From positions 99,723-163,722 of the forward strand of contig JAFSAU010000016.1 in the NCBI GenBank assembly GCA_017442155.1: a stretch of DNA of 64,000 bases. The letters run 5' to 3'. Shown here in pieces: positions 30,558-39,384 of the stretch (within the stretch, counting starts at the first letter, position 1; every line of letters starts with the position of its first letter). The stretch is from Clostridia bacterium (GTDB taxonomy: Bacteria; Bacillota; Clostridia; UMGS1883; UMGS1540). A program made the translations under genes and the position numbers. The notes beneath the pieces are model-generated. The model searched no databases. It was not told the origin of the DNA and saw nothing but the letters and a program-made list of their open reading frames with translations.

Positions 30558-32066
30558 ATGTACAAAAAACTATTTTCACTCGCACTTTCCCTGATTCTCA
30601 TCTTGGGAGCCGGCAGTTTTGCCGTACTTGCAGATGAAACGGAAGCAGTCCCTTTGGCTGACTTTACAGTCGGTTTTGATTCGGAGGCGGAGCTGGAAGA
30701 CTGGCGTGCCAGCGGTAGAGGAGAGTCGGTTGTAATTGACACGGCCGTTACGGATGTACCTGCGGGTATGGACTTTGGTACGGGTTCTCTCAAGTTTGAG
30801 GCGTTGAGCGCACATGTAAACGGTCTTGGAAGAAATAAAACTGTTTCAAATCTGGAGCCGGGTGCCACATACGTTTTTTCTGCCTGGGCAAAGAATGAAG
30901 CCGGTGGCATAGCCGGTATCGGTATAGGGTTTTCCACAGAAAGTGTATCTACTTATGCGGCTTATGCAGATTATTCCGTGGCAGGAGAATGGGGCAAGCT
31001 TGTTTGTTCTTTTACAGTACCGACAGACGGAACCGGTACGGAGCAAAGCCTGTGTTTAAAACAGGGCGTAGGTACTTCGGCTGTATGGTATGATGATGTC
31101 CGATTCTACAAGGATAACGGTACAAATCCCATTCAGGTCAGATACGGTTTTGAAAATGTATATTACACAGACAGAGCAAAAAGCAGTTCGGATGCGACTA
31201 AAGGAAAAGTATTGGTGCCTAAAGGATGGACAACTGGGGCAGGACTTGCATACAGTGATGCGTCTGATGCATATGCGGTGGCTTCTTCGGATACCGCGCA
31301 CAGCGGTTCTTATGCACTGAAGATGAAGGCATCCGATAATGCCTCTACACGTCGGGTGTATATGAAACTTCCGGCTTTGGAACAAGGTGCCACGTATATG
31401 GTGCAGGGCTTTATTAAGACAGTCGGTTCAACAACAGCATCAAGCGGTGGTGCGTCTATTGCCGTAACCAGGTTTGCGACATCTTCCATGGGATATGCAT
31501 GGAGTAACGGCGGCGTTGAAACGGTAAAAACAGAGTCTGCGCAAACTGCATCCGCCGGCGGATGGGTACCGGTACGGACATTTTTCACATATCCTTCTGA
31601 TTCGACAGCCGAGGCGTATGTTATACTTCAGGTGGTTGGGGGAACAGATAATTTTGTAGTATATTTTGATGATATTACAGTACATAAAGTAAATACACCT
31701 ACCCTTTCGGTGGTGGACTCCACAGGAAATATTTTATCTGAAATTGCAGACAAAACAGCAGCAACAGATGCAAAAATTCTCTTTTCTGCAGGACATGGCT
31801 CCATGGAATCAGCACCGTCATTTAAGCTTCTGTATGCTTTGTATGATACTCAGGGCGCGGCAAAGAAGATTTCAACCATCACCATTGAAGATGAAGCGTT
31901 ACCTTTGGCGACACAATACTCTCATGCTACATACGGCACATATGTGAAGGCGGGATTTCTGCGCGAAAGCATTCCCGTCACAATTCCGGCCGGATATACG
32001 CTGAAGGTTTTCGCCTTTGACAGAATCAGTAATATAATCCCCGTTTCGACAGCTTTTGTAAAATAG
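30558..32066 (+). CDS. Secreted protein with two CBM_4_9-like carbohydrate-binding modules
   Basis: Signal peptide. Jelly-roll CBM pattern (…GSLKFEA…YVFSAWAKNE…VWYDDVRFY…) repeated in the C-terminal half. Confidence 0.55.
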   Translation: MYKKLFSLALSLILILGAGSFAVLADETEAVPLADFTVGFDSEAELEDWRASGRGESVVIDTAVTDVPAGMDFGTGSLKFEALSAHVNGLGRNKTVSNLEPGATYVFSAWAKNEAGGIAGIGIGFSTESVSTYAAYADYSVAGEWGKLVCSFTVPTDGTGTEQSLCLKQGVGTSAVWYDDVRFYKDNGTNPIQVRYGFENVYYTDRAKSSSDATKGKVLVPKGWTTGAGLAYSDASDAYAVASSDTAHSGSYALKMKASDNASTRRVYMKLPALEQGATYMVQGFIKTVGSTTASSGGASIAVTRFATSSMGYAWSNGGVETVKTESAQTASAGGWVPVRTFFTYPSDSTAEAYVILQVVGGTDNFVVYFDDITVHKVNTPTLSVVDSTGNILSEIADKTAATDAKILFSAGHGSMESAPSFKLLYALYDTQGAAKKISTITIEDEALPLATQYSHATYGTYVKAGFLRESIPVTIPAGYTLKVFAFDRISNIIPVSTAFVK

Positions 32067-32123
32067 AACGATTTTGTTTTCGAGAAGCGGATTATATTGG
32101 CTCAGAAAGAAAGGAAAGACAAA

Positions 32124-35100
32124 ATGAAGAAACGATTACTATGCCTTGGACTTGTTTTTTGCCTTATGATAAGCGGTATGACTCTTTCCGTATCTGCGCT
32201 GGAGCAGAAAAAGGAATTTATTGTAAACGGCAGCTTTGAAGAAATTAAATCCGACGGAAAAACCATAAAAAACTGGAGCGTTTTAAACGAACGAAATGAC
32301 TATGTTTCTGTTGAAAACCAGGCGAAGGATGGTGAATATTCGGCAAAACTCGTCTGCCTTGAGGAAAGCGGCAACACCCGCATCATACAAAAAGTGGAAA
32401 ATTTAAAACCCGGTGGCTCGTATGTGTTTTCGGCATATGTGTTTGTCCTCAACAACAAGGGATTTCCTTTTGTAAAGATTGAAATTGGCGGACAGAATAA
32501 TAATAAGCTTGAGGTGCAGTCCAAACGCTGGGTGAAAAAGGAAATCAAATTCACCGTGCCGGAAACCTCCAATTCAGGACACATTTATCTTGGTGCATAT
32601 AATGGTGCGGAAGTGCTTTTTGATGCCGTATCCATTATCGGACCTGAAGCCGGTGAAAACGATGTTCCCAAAAAGGAAGAGCAGACCACCGTAACTACGC
32701 CCACGGATACCGGCACAAAAGAGGTTACTTTAGATACAATCGAAAACAGAACACCGCCCACAGGCACAGTCGAAAGCGTTTCGTCCCCGGACTTTATCGA
32801 GGGCAGAGAAAATATTCTCCAAAACGGTGATTTTGAAAATGATGAAAACCATATCGGCCCCTGGCACTGGGGTGCCTATAAGACAGGCTGGGAAGAAAAC
32901 CAAAAAACCTTATATGTAAAAAACTTCGGGCATAACAGCCAGAGAAGCGTACAGATTACAAACGGCGAGGCGGGCGATTTACCCTATATTCGACAGCAGG
33001 TAGAACTGCACTCGGGCGGCTCATATCAGGTCAGTATGTGGATATTCTCCCACGCACCGGAAATTATGGGCTCCGGGCAGGATTGCCCCATTGTTTTTAA
33101 ACTGGAATTTTATTCCGCAGAGCCTTCCACTGACTCTTATCTCGGCGAACAGACCGTGCGCGTATCCGGCGGTACGGGTGGAAAGTGGATGCAGGTTGTT
33201 CATGATTTCAACGCCCCGCCCGGAACGAAGGTGGCACAGGTATATGTAAGACTGTACGGTAAAGTCGATACATTCTGGGTGGATGACGTGTTCCTTTGTA
33301 ACACCGAGGTGCCGGACGGTATTTCCGTAACATCCGACCAGGTGTTCTACTATTCTGATCATACAGCCCCCGGCGTTGCTACGGCCGAAATCAATGCCGA
33401 TGTTTTCCCCGAACTTGTCGGAAGCCCGATTGATTTTCGCCTGACAAAGGACGGCACGGTGCTGGCGGAAGAGAAGGGTGTTCCCACCATAGACGGCAAG
33501 GCAAGCTTTACTTACGATATAGGACTTCTGACGGAAAAACAGTCAGAATATCGGATTGAGGCTTCTGCCGGTGAGCATATGAACTTCTGGCGGATTTATA
33601 AGTACGACCGTCCCATTTATCTCGGAGCAGATGGCGTATTCAGAAAGAACGGCGATGAAATAAGGCCTATTGCGGCATATAACTACGTCAAGAAGCACTG
33701 GGGTTACGGACTTGCGGATGCCGAAATCAATGTCGCTATTCTCGGCATTCCCACAGCTCTCGAAGGGGAAGAACTGATTGCTTCTATGCGTGCATCACTG
33801 GATGCGGCAAAAGAAGCAGGCGTTTACTGTCTGATTGCAACGTATACCAATATGCTTCCCGGCGGTCATGAAGCAAACCGTGCCACAACGGAGCTTTTGG
33901 CGAAAAATCTCCATGACCATCCCGCACTTTTCGGCTGGATGAACATGGACGAGCCGTTCCTGCATGATTCTAATCCCCATGATGACCTTCGGAATACGTA
34001 TATTGCCGTTCGGAATAACGACCCCTACCATCCCGTGTTTACCACGGAGCAGGGTTCCCTCCGGGATTCCGGTAAATATGTTGACATTTTCGGTGTTGAC
34101 CCCTATCCCGGTGACACCCGCGATCCCCTTTCATACCCGGCATCCATGATAAGCAACGCGGTGGCGGCGGTAGACGGCACAAGACCGGTTTACGGCGTAC
34201 TGCAAACCTTTAACTGGAAGAAATACTGGCCTTCAGAAAATGACATGCGGAATATGATTTACCAGAATTTCCTGGCAGGCGGCGCAGGACTCGGATATTA
34301 TAAGTTTACCAATGCCAGCGGTGATGGCAAGGATTTGGATGAAACCGACCTTTGGCCGACGCTCTCCTATTTCGCACAGAACGAGGCAGAGGATGTTTAT
34401 AATGCATTTGTGTTTGATAAATATCCGATTTTCAGCGATACGAAAAATGATAATTACTGGGCTGTTTCTTTTGTAAAAGAAGGAATACTGCATATGGTAA
34501 TCCTGAACAGGAAAAGTGAAAATCAAGCTGTTTCCTTGCCTCTTACAAGCATTAGCGGAAGTCACAGCATAGGGGCGTTCACCGCCGTTTGCGCCCATGG
34601 CGGAAACGGGGAGACGGTTTCCGGCGACGGCACCCTTTCCGTAACACTGGAGCCCGGTGCGGCAGTGGTATATAAAATCACACCGGCAAACGGAAACGAC
34701 GTTGCAGGTGTACCGATTACCAGATTCCACGACCTGACCGGATACGGCTGGGCCTATGACCAGATTCTGAGCCTGGACGAAAAGGGAATTGTCAACTCTG
34801 TCAGCGAGCATAGATTTGATCCGGCTGAAAAGATTACCCGCGGGGAATTTGCAGCCTTTCTTGTTAAAACACTGCAGTCCTTCGGCATCACGGCAGATGC
34901 GACAAAGAGCACTTTTACAGATGTTCTTGACGGTGCCCATTATGCCGATGAGATTGCCGTGGGGGAAGCACTCGGCATTCTTAAAGGTGTAGGAAACGGG
35001 ATGTATCTGCCCCAGGCAGAAATTTCGCGGCAGGATCTGATGGTGATTTCTGCTCGGGGTATGCGTCTTGTAAAAGAGCTGGCAGCAGGTGACGGCGCAG

Positions 35101-35267
35101 TCTTTGCAGATGCAGCAGAAATTGCGGAATATGCGGCGCAGGATGTAGCGGCTATGGTGAAGGCCGGCGTTGTGACAGGATATGAGGATGGATCAATCCG
35201 TCCTCTCGGAAACACGACCCGCGCTGAAGCGGCTGTCATCATGAGCCGGATCCTCTCCTGGGGTTAA
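32124..35267 (+). CDS. Secreted multidomain protein: N-terminal CBM_4_9-like modules, a putative glycoside-hydrolase-like catalytic region, and three C-terminal SLH domains
   Basis: Signal peptide, then CBM-like repeats (GGSYVFSAYVFV…GAYNGAEVLFDAVSIIGPE). Central region carries WMNMDEPF and VFTTEQGS motifs. Three SLH repeats at the C-terminus. ATG at 32124 after GAAAGGAAAG. Confidence 0.6.
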   Translation: MKKRLLCLGLVFCLMISGMTLSVSALEQKKEFIVNGSFEEIKSDGKTIKNWSVLNERNDYVSVENQAKDGEYSAKLVCLEESGNTRIIQKVENLKPGGSYVFSAYVFVLNNKGFPFVKIEIGGQNNNKLEVQSKRWVKKEIKFTVPETSNSGHIYLGAYNGAEVLFDAVSIIGPEAGENDVPKKEEQTTVTTPTDTGTKEVTLDTIENRTPPTGTVESVSSPDFIEGRENILQNGDFENDENHIGPWHWGAYKTGWEENQKTLYVKNFGHNSQRSVQITNGEAGDLPYIRQQVELHSGGSYQVSMWIFSHAPEIMGSGQDCPIVFKLEFYSAEPSTDSYLGEQTVRVSGGTGGKWMQVVHDFNAPPGTKVAQVYVRLYGKVDTFWVDDVFLCNTEVPDGISVTSDQVFYYSDHTAPGVATAEINADVFPELVGSPIDFRLTKDGTVLAEEKGVPTIDGKASFTYDIGLLTEKQSEYRIEASAGEHMNFWRIYKYDRPIYLGADGVFRKNGDEIRPIAAYNYVKKHWGYGLADAEINVAILGIPTALEGEELIASMRASLDAAKEAGVYCLIATYTNMLPGGHEANRATTELLAKNLHDHPALFGWMNMDEPFLHDSNPHDDLRNTYIAVRNNDPYHPVFTTEQGSLRDSGKYVDIFGVDPYPGDTRDPLSYPASMISNAVAAVDGTRPVYGVLQTFNWKKYWPSENDMRNMIYQNFLAGGAGLGYYKFTNASGDGKDLDETDLWPTLSYFAQNEAEDVYNAFVFDKYPIFSDTKNDNYWAVSFVKEGILHMVILNRKSENQAVSLPLTSISGSHSIGAFTAVCAHGGNGETVSGDGTLSVTLEPGAAVVYKITPANGNDVAGVPITRFHDLTGYGWAYDQILSLDEKGIVNSVSEHRFDPAEKITRGEFAAFLVKTLQSFGITADATKSTFTDVLDGAHYADEIAVGEALGILKGVGNGMYLPQAEISRQDLMVISARGMRLVKELAAGDGAVFADAAEIAEYAAQDVAAMVKAGVVTGYEDGSIRPLGNTTRAEAAVIMSRILSWG

Positions 35268-35415
35268 ATCGGACGGGAAAATGAAAAAAACTTAATTATA
35301 TTGGGGAACTACAGGCACACAGCTTGCGGTATTGCGGCACGGAAACGGATGGAGAGCGGGGACCGCATGACATGGCGTTGTGTGCCTTTGCATATTTCAG
35401 ATGGGAGAGAATGGT

Positions 35416-38385
35416 ATGAAGCGTCAAATTCTTTGCGTCCTTACAGCAACTGTATTGCTTCTGCTAAGTCTGTCAATGAGTACTGTAGCAGAGGAAAATG
35501 TGGAATTTATTAAAAACGGCGGTTTTGAGAACTTAAAATCAGACGGTACGACACTTATGAGCTGGAGTGTACTGGAGGGCGATAACGCGCGTGTTTCGGC
35601 GGCAGATACCGCGGCTGACGGAAAAAAATCAGTACGGCTTGTCTCTACCGGTGCAGATGATAAGACACGTATCATTCAGAAGGTGGAAGGAATGAAGCCG
35701 GGGGGCAGCTATGTCCTCACGGCATCGCTATATGGCTTAAACACGAAAGGCTTTGCACATATCAAGGTGGAAAGTGATAAACAAAGCAATAATACCTTTT
35801 TACAGGAATTGAACGTATGGTCAAAAACGGAAATCCACTTCACACTTTCTGATTCTGCCAGCACCGCCTGGATTTATATCGGTGCCTACAACGGCGCAGA
35901 GGTACTCTGGGACTCTGTCTCTTTAATCGGCCCCCGCGGCGAAGAGTGGATAGAACCCGAACCGGAGGTGCCGGATATCGTTCCGCCGGAAGGGGAAGTT
36001 GAAAATATCCCTGATGATTCGTTTGTCCCGGATCTCTCTCCGCTTATAGAAAACGGAGGGTTTGAAACCGGAGAAACCTGGCCGTCAAAATGGACAAAAT
36101 ACAGTAATTCGCAGACAGTTTATGAAATTGCATTCGGACACGAAAGTGAAAAAAGCCTGATGATTACAAATACAGACCGTACCGTCGCACCGTATGTAAG
36201 ACAAAGGGCGGAGGTTTATGGCGGTGGTACATATCAGCTCGGTATGTGGTTTTGTATTGAACGGGCAGAGAATGCAACAAGTTATGCCGCAATGAAGCTG
36301 GAGTTTTACGCAGAGGGTGGCAGTGCTCTCGGTGAGGAAACTGTCAAAACCTTTTCCGGCACAAATGGGAAATGGATGCAATATGTTCATAGTTTCACAC
36401 CGCCGCCCGGCACGGCGTATGCCTACGTGTATGCAAGACAGTACGGCATAGGAACAGTATGGGTGGATAATGTGTCTTTGGGCTGTCTTGTAAAACCGGA
36501 TGCCATTTCTGTTACAACGGATGAGGTGTTCTATTATTCTGATCATACGGATGCAGGCATAGCAGAGGCCGTGATTCAGGAAAAGGCATATCCGGAACTT
36601 TCAGGTGCAAGTGTGGATTTTCGTCTGACAAAGGATGGTGCGGTACTGCATGAAGATCGCAACGTACCAAGTGTGGACGGTATTGCCGTCTTTTCTTTCG
36701 ATATTTCGTTTCTTAGGGAAAAGAAAGCCGAATACCGCATAGAAGTCAGCTGTGGAGAGCATACAAATTTCTGGAGGATTTATAAATACGACCGACCGGA
36801 ATATCTTGGCTCTGACGGTATATTCCGAAAAAACGGAAAAGAAATTCGTCCGGTGATTGCCTATAATTACACTGCCACCCAGTACGGCTATGGGCTGAAG
36901 GACGCCGGTATCAACATCAGCGTTCTGAGTGTGCCGACAAATCTGTCCGATGAAGAACTCATTACCAATATGCGTTCAAAGCTTGATACAGCGAAAGAGG
37001 CCGGTATTATGTGTCTTGTGGCAACATATTCTGATATGCTGCCGGGTGGCAACGAGGCCAATCGGGCGAGGACAGAGCTTCTGGCGGCCAGTTTAAACGA
37101 CCACGATGCCCTTTTTGGCTGGATGAATATGGATGAGCCTTTTCTTCATGCCTCCGACCCACACGATGACCTCCGACAGACATACATTTCTATCCGCAAT
37201 TATGACCCATACCACCCTGTATACACCACTGAGCAGGCAACTATGCTGAAACAGTCCGGATGGTATGTGGATATTCTCGGGGTAGACCCATATCCGGGAA
37301 GCAGTCGGGCACCGGAAACCTATCCGGATGAAAAAGTAACGGCGGCAATTCGTGCCGTAAACGGCAGAAAACCGGTATACTCTGTTTTACAGGCCTATGA
37401 GTGGTCAAACTATTTTCCCACAGGGGACGAAATAAGGAATATGCTGTATCAATCCTTTCTCGCAGGGGCCAAAGGAATCGGTTATTTCCGCTTTACCAGT
37501 GCAAAGAATGGGTCGGATTTGGATGAAACGACGCTCTGGCCAGTTCTTTCTGCCTTTTACCAAAATGAGCAGGAGGATGCCTTCAATGCTTTTGTGTACG
37601 ATAAGTACCCCATTTTCAGTGACCTTGTGTGTCAGAAGTATCATGCCGTTTCCTTTGTAAAAGAAAACTCCCTGCATGTTGTGATTCTGAACCGGAAGAA
37701 GGAGACCCAGACGGTTTATCTGCCGCTAAAAAGTATAACCGGCAGTTTCGCAGTAGGCAACTTTGTAGGTGAATGTGTTTACGGAGGAAAGGGAGAGTCG
37801 GTCGCAGGGACAGGAATTCTGGAGGCAACGCTTGCACCAAGTGCTGCGGCGGTATATAAAATCAGACCGGAAGAAATCACTGCACTTACGGATTTGGATG
37901 ATATTCGTTTTTCTGAGTGTGTCAAACTGCAAACCACCATGTCTGATATGACATATACCGGTGTAAATTGTTGGTCTGGTCAGATAAACGGGGATTTAAT
38001 TCTGCAAAATGCAGGGACAGCGGTTGAAACTGTGACTGTGCAGGCTTCGGCACAGGTGGCAGAGATAGTAAATGGAGTAAGTGATGCCGTTTTTTCCGGC
38101 GGTATGTTTTCTATACACCTTTCAGGAGGGGATACCGTTCGGGTTAAATTTCATGATACAAAGCCGACGGGCGTCTACCGTGGTAATGTAAAGTATAATA
38201 AGCTTTCCGGAGGGGAAACCTATGCGGTTTTTTCAGAAAACGGTGCCATGACGGCCATGTACGGAAAAATCCGCAGTGTCCCGGAGCTTATTGGCATGTG
38301 GTATAACGGCGAAACGTTTACCGCGCCACTAAAAGGGAAGTACAAAGCCAGAACTTTTTACTGGGATGCTATGCGACCCCAATAG
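35416..38385 (+). CDS. Tandem paralog of the preceding CBM/GH-like protein, with no SLH domains and a distinct C-terminal domain
   Basis: Same architecture and motifs (EFIKNGGFENLKSDGTT…, WMNMDEPFLHASDPHDDLRQTY…, VYTTEQAT…). Similar only at protein level. ATG at 35416 after GGGAGAG. Confidence 0.6.
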   Translation: MKRQILCVLTATVLLLLSLSMSTVAEENVEFIKNGGFENLKSDGTTLMSWSVLEGDNARVSAADTAADGKKSVRLVSTGADDKTRIIQKVEGMKPGGSYVLTASLYGLNTKGFAHIKVESDKQSNNTFLQELNVWSKTEIHFTLSDSASTAWIYIGAYNGAEVLWDSVSLIGPRGEEWIEPEPEVPDIVPPEGEVENIPDDSFVPDLSPLIENGGFETGETWPSKWTKYSNSQTVYEIAFGHESEKSLMITNTDRTVAPYVRQRAEVYGGGTYQLGMWFCIERAENATSYAAMKLEFYAEGGSALGEETVKTFSGTNGKWMQYVHSFTPPPGTAYAYVYARQYGIGTVWVDNVSLGCLVKPDAISVTTDEVFYYSDHTDAGIAEAVIQEKAYPELSGASVDFRLTKDGAVLHEDRNVPSVDGIAVFSFDISFLREKKAEYRIEVSCGEHTNFWRIYKYDRPEYLGSDGIFRKNGKEIRPVIAYNYTATQYGYGLKDAGINISVLSVPTNLSDEELITNMRSKLDTAKEAGIMCLVATYSDMLPGGNEANRARTELLAASLNDHDALFGWMNMDEPFLHASDPHDDLRQTYISIRNYDPYHPVYTTEQATMLKQSGWYVDILGVDPYPGSSRAPETYPDEKVTAAIRAVNGRKPVYSVLQAYEWSNYFPTGDEIRNMLYQSFLAGAKGIGYFRFTSAKNGSDLDETTLWPVLSAFYQNEQEDAFNAFVYDKYPIFSDLVCQKYHAVSFVKENSLHVVILNRKKETQTVYLPLKSITGSFAVGNFVGECVYGGKGESVAGTGILEATLAPSAAAVYKIRPEEITALTDLDDIRFSECVKLQTTMSDMTYTGVNCWSGQINGDLILQNAGTAVETVTVQASAQVAEIVNGVSDAVFSGGMFSIHLSGGDTVRVKFHDTKPTGVYRGNVKYNKLSGGETYAVFSENGAMTAMYGKIRSVPELIGMWYNGETFTAPLKGKYKARTFYWDAMRPQ

Positions 38386-38414
38386 ACGATATAGAAAATA
38401 TCCCAACTGCATCT

Positions 38415-39248
38415 TTAGCGGTTGGGATATTTGTTCTTATTGATTTCCCGATACATTGTCGGAGAATAGTGGGTATAGTTTTTAAAAGCTTTCGAGAAAT
38501 GCTTGGCATCATCATATCCGACAGAGCGGGCAATTCTCGCAATTGTCATATTACTGTTTTCCAGAAGATTTTTTGCACGCTCCATCCGAAGATGCGTGAT
38601 ATACTGGTGTGGGGAAAGCCCCATATGTTTTCTGAAAATACGGATAAAATATGAAGTGTTAAAATGAAACATAGAGGCCAGCTCCGTAACAGAGGGAGGC
38701 GCAGCAAGATTATCCTGCATATAACCGGCGGCTTTCAGAATACTGGAGGAAGCATTTTGTGTATAGAACGGATGAGAAATTCCGGCTCCCTGTAAATAGT
38801 AAGAAATGAGTGCAAAGCAGTGCGACTGTAACATCATAAGTCCAGAAACATCCTTGTACTGACTGCACTCGAAAATGGAATAGAAAAGGGATGTCACTTT
38901 TTCCGGGTCCGTCACTTTAATTTGTAACGGGACAGGGAGACTGTCGAAAATACTTTTATTATCAATTTCAATATTAAAATGCATCCAGAGCTTTTCAGCC
39001 GGATCGGGAAAAGGCACAGACTGGTCATGGCGGAGTCCGGCGGGCATGAGAATCAGCGTGTTTGGAGTGCCGACAATCACTTCAGAATCCGTCACAATTT
39101 TAAGACGGCCGCGAAGTACATAGTAAAGCTTGGTATACTGTACCTTAATGTTTGTTTTGTTCCAGGTATCGTCCAGCTGTATTTTACCGCCATAATAATA
39201 TGATAATTTCATGTCTAACAGACTTTTTGCGTTATAATTCATATCCAT
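38415..39248 (-). CDS. AraC-family transcriptional regulator (cupin sensor plus HTH)
   Basis: C-terminal AraC HTH (…FHFNTSYFIRIFRKHMGLSPHQY……IARIARSVGYDDAKHFSKAFK…). Divergent from the 817-aa gene. Confidence 0.8.
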   Translation of the reverse strand: MDMNYNAKSLLDMKLSYYYGGKIQLDDTWNKTNIKVQYTKLYYVLRGRLKIVTDSEVIVGTPNTLILMPAGLRHDQSVPFPDPAEKLWMHFNIEIDNKSIFDSLPVPLQIKVTDPEKVTSLFYSIFECSQYKDVSGLMMLQSHCFALISYYLQGAGISHPFYTQNASSSILKAAGYMQDNLAAPPSVTELASMFHFNTSYFIRIFRKHMGLSPHQYITHLRMERAKNLLENSNMTIARIARSVGYDDAKHFSKAFKNYTHYSPTMYREINKNKYPNR

Positions 39249-39384
39249 GTTTTAAATATATCACCTTTTTATCTTTTCTGCAAGAGGCAAGTCGATTTTT
39301 TTCACCATTTCGTCAATTTTTAGGGTTTATAACGGTAGTATGTGATGTTATAATACATAAACTGAACGTATTGAGGTGAATTTG

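Noticed and set aside
32097-32123. Upstream in-frame ATG starts for the CBM/SLH protein (32097) and its paralog (35380)
   Set aside because: The downstream ATGs (32124, 35416) have proper RBSs and begin classic signal peptides. The upstream extensions add non-signal residues.
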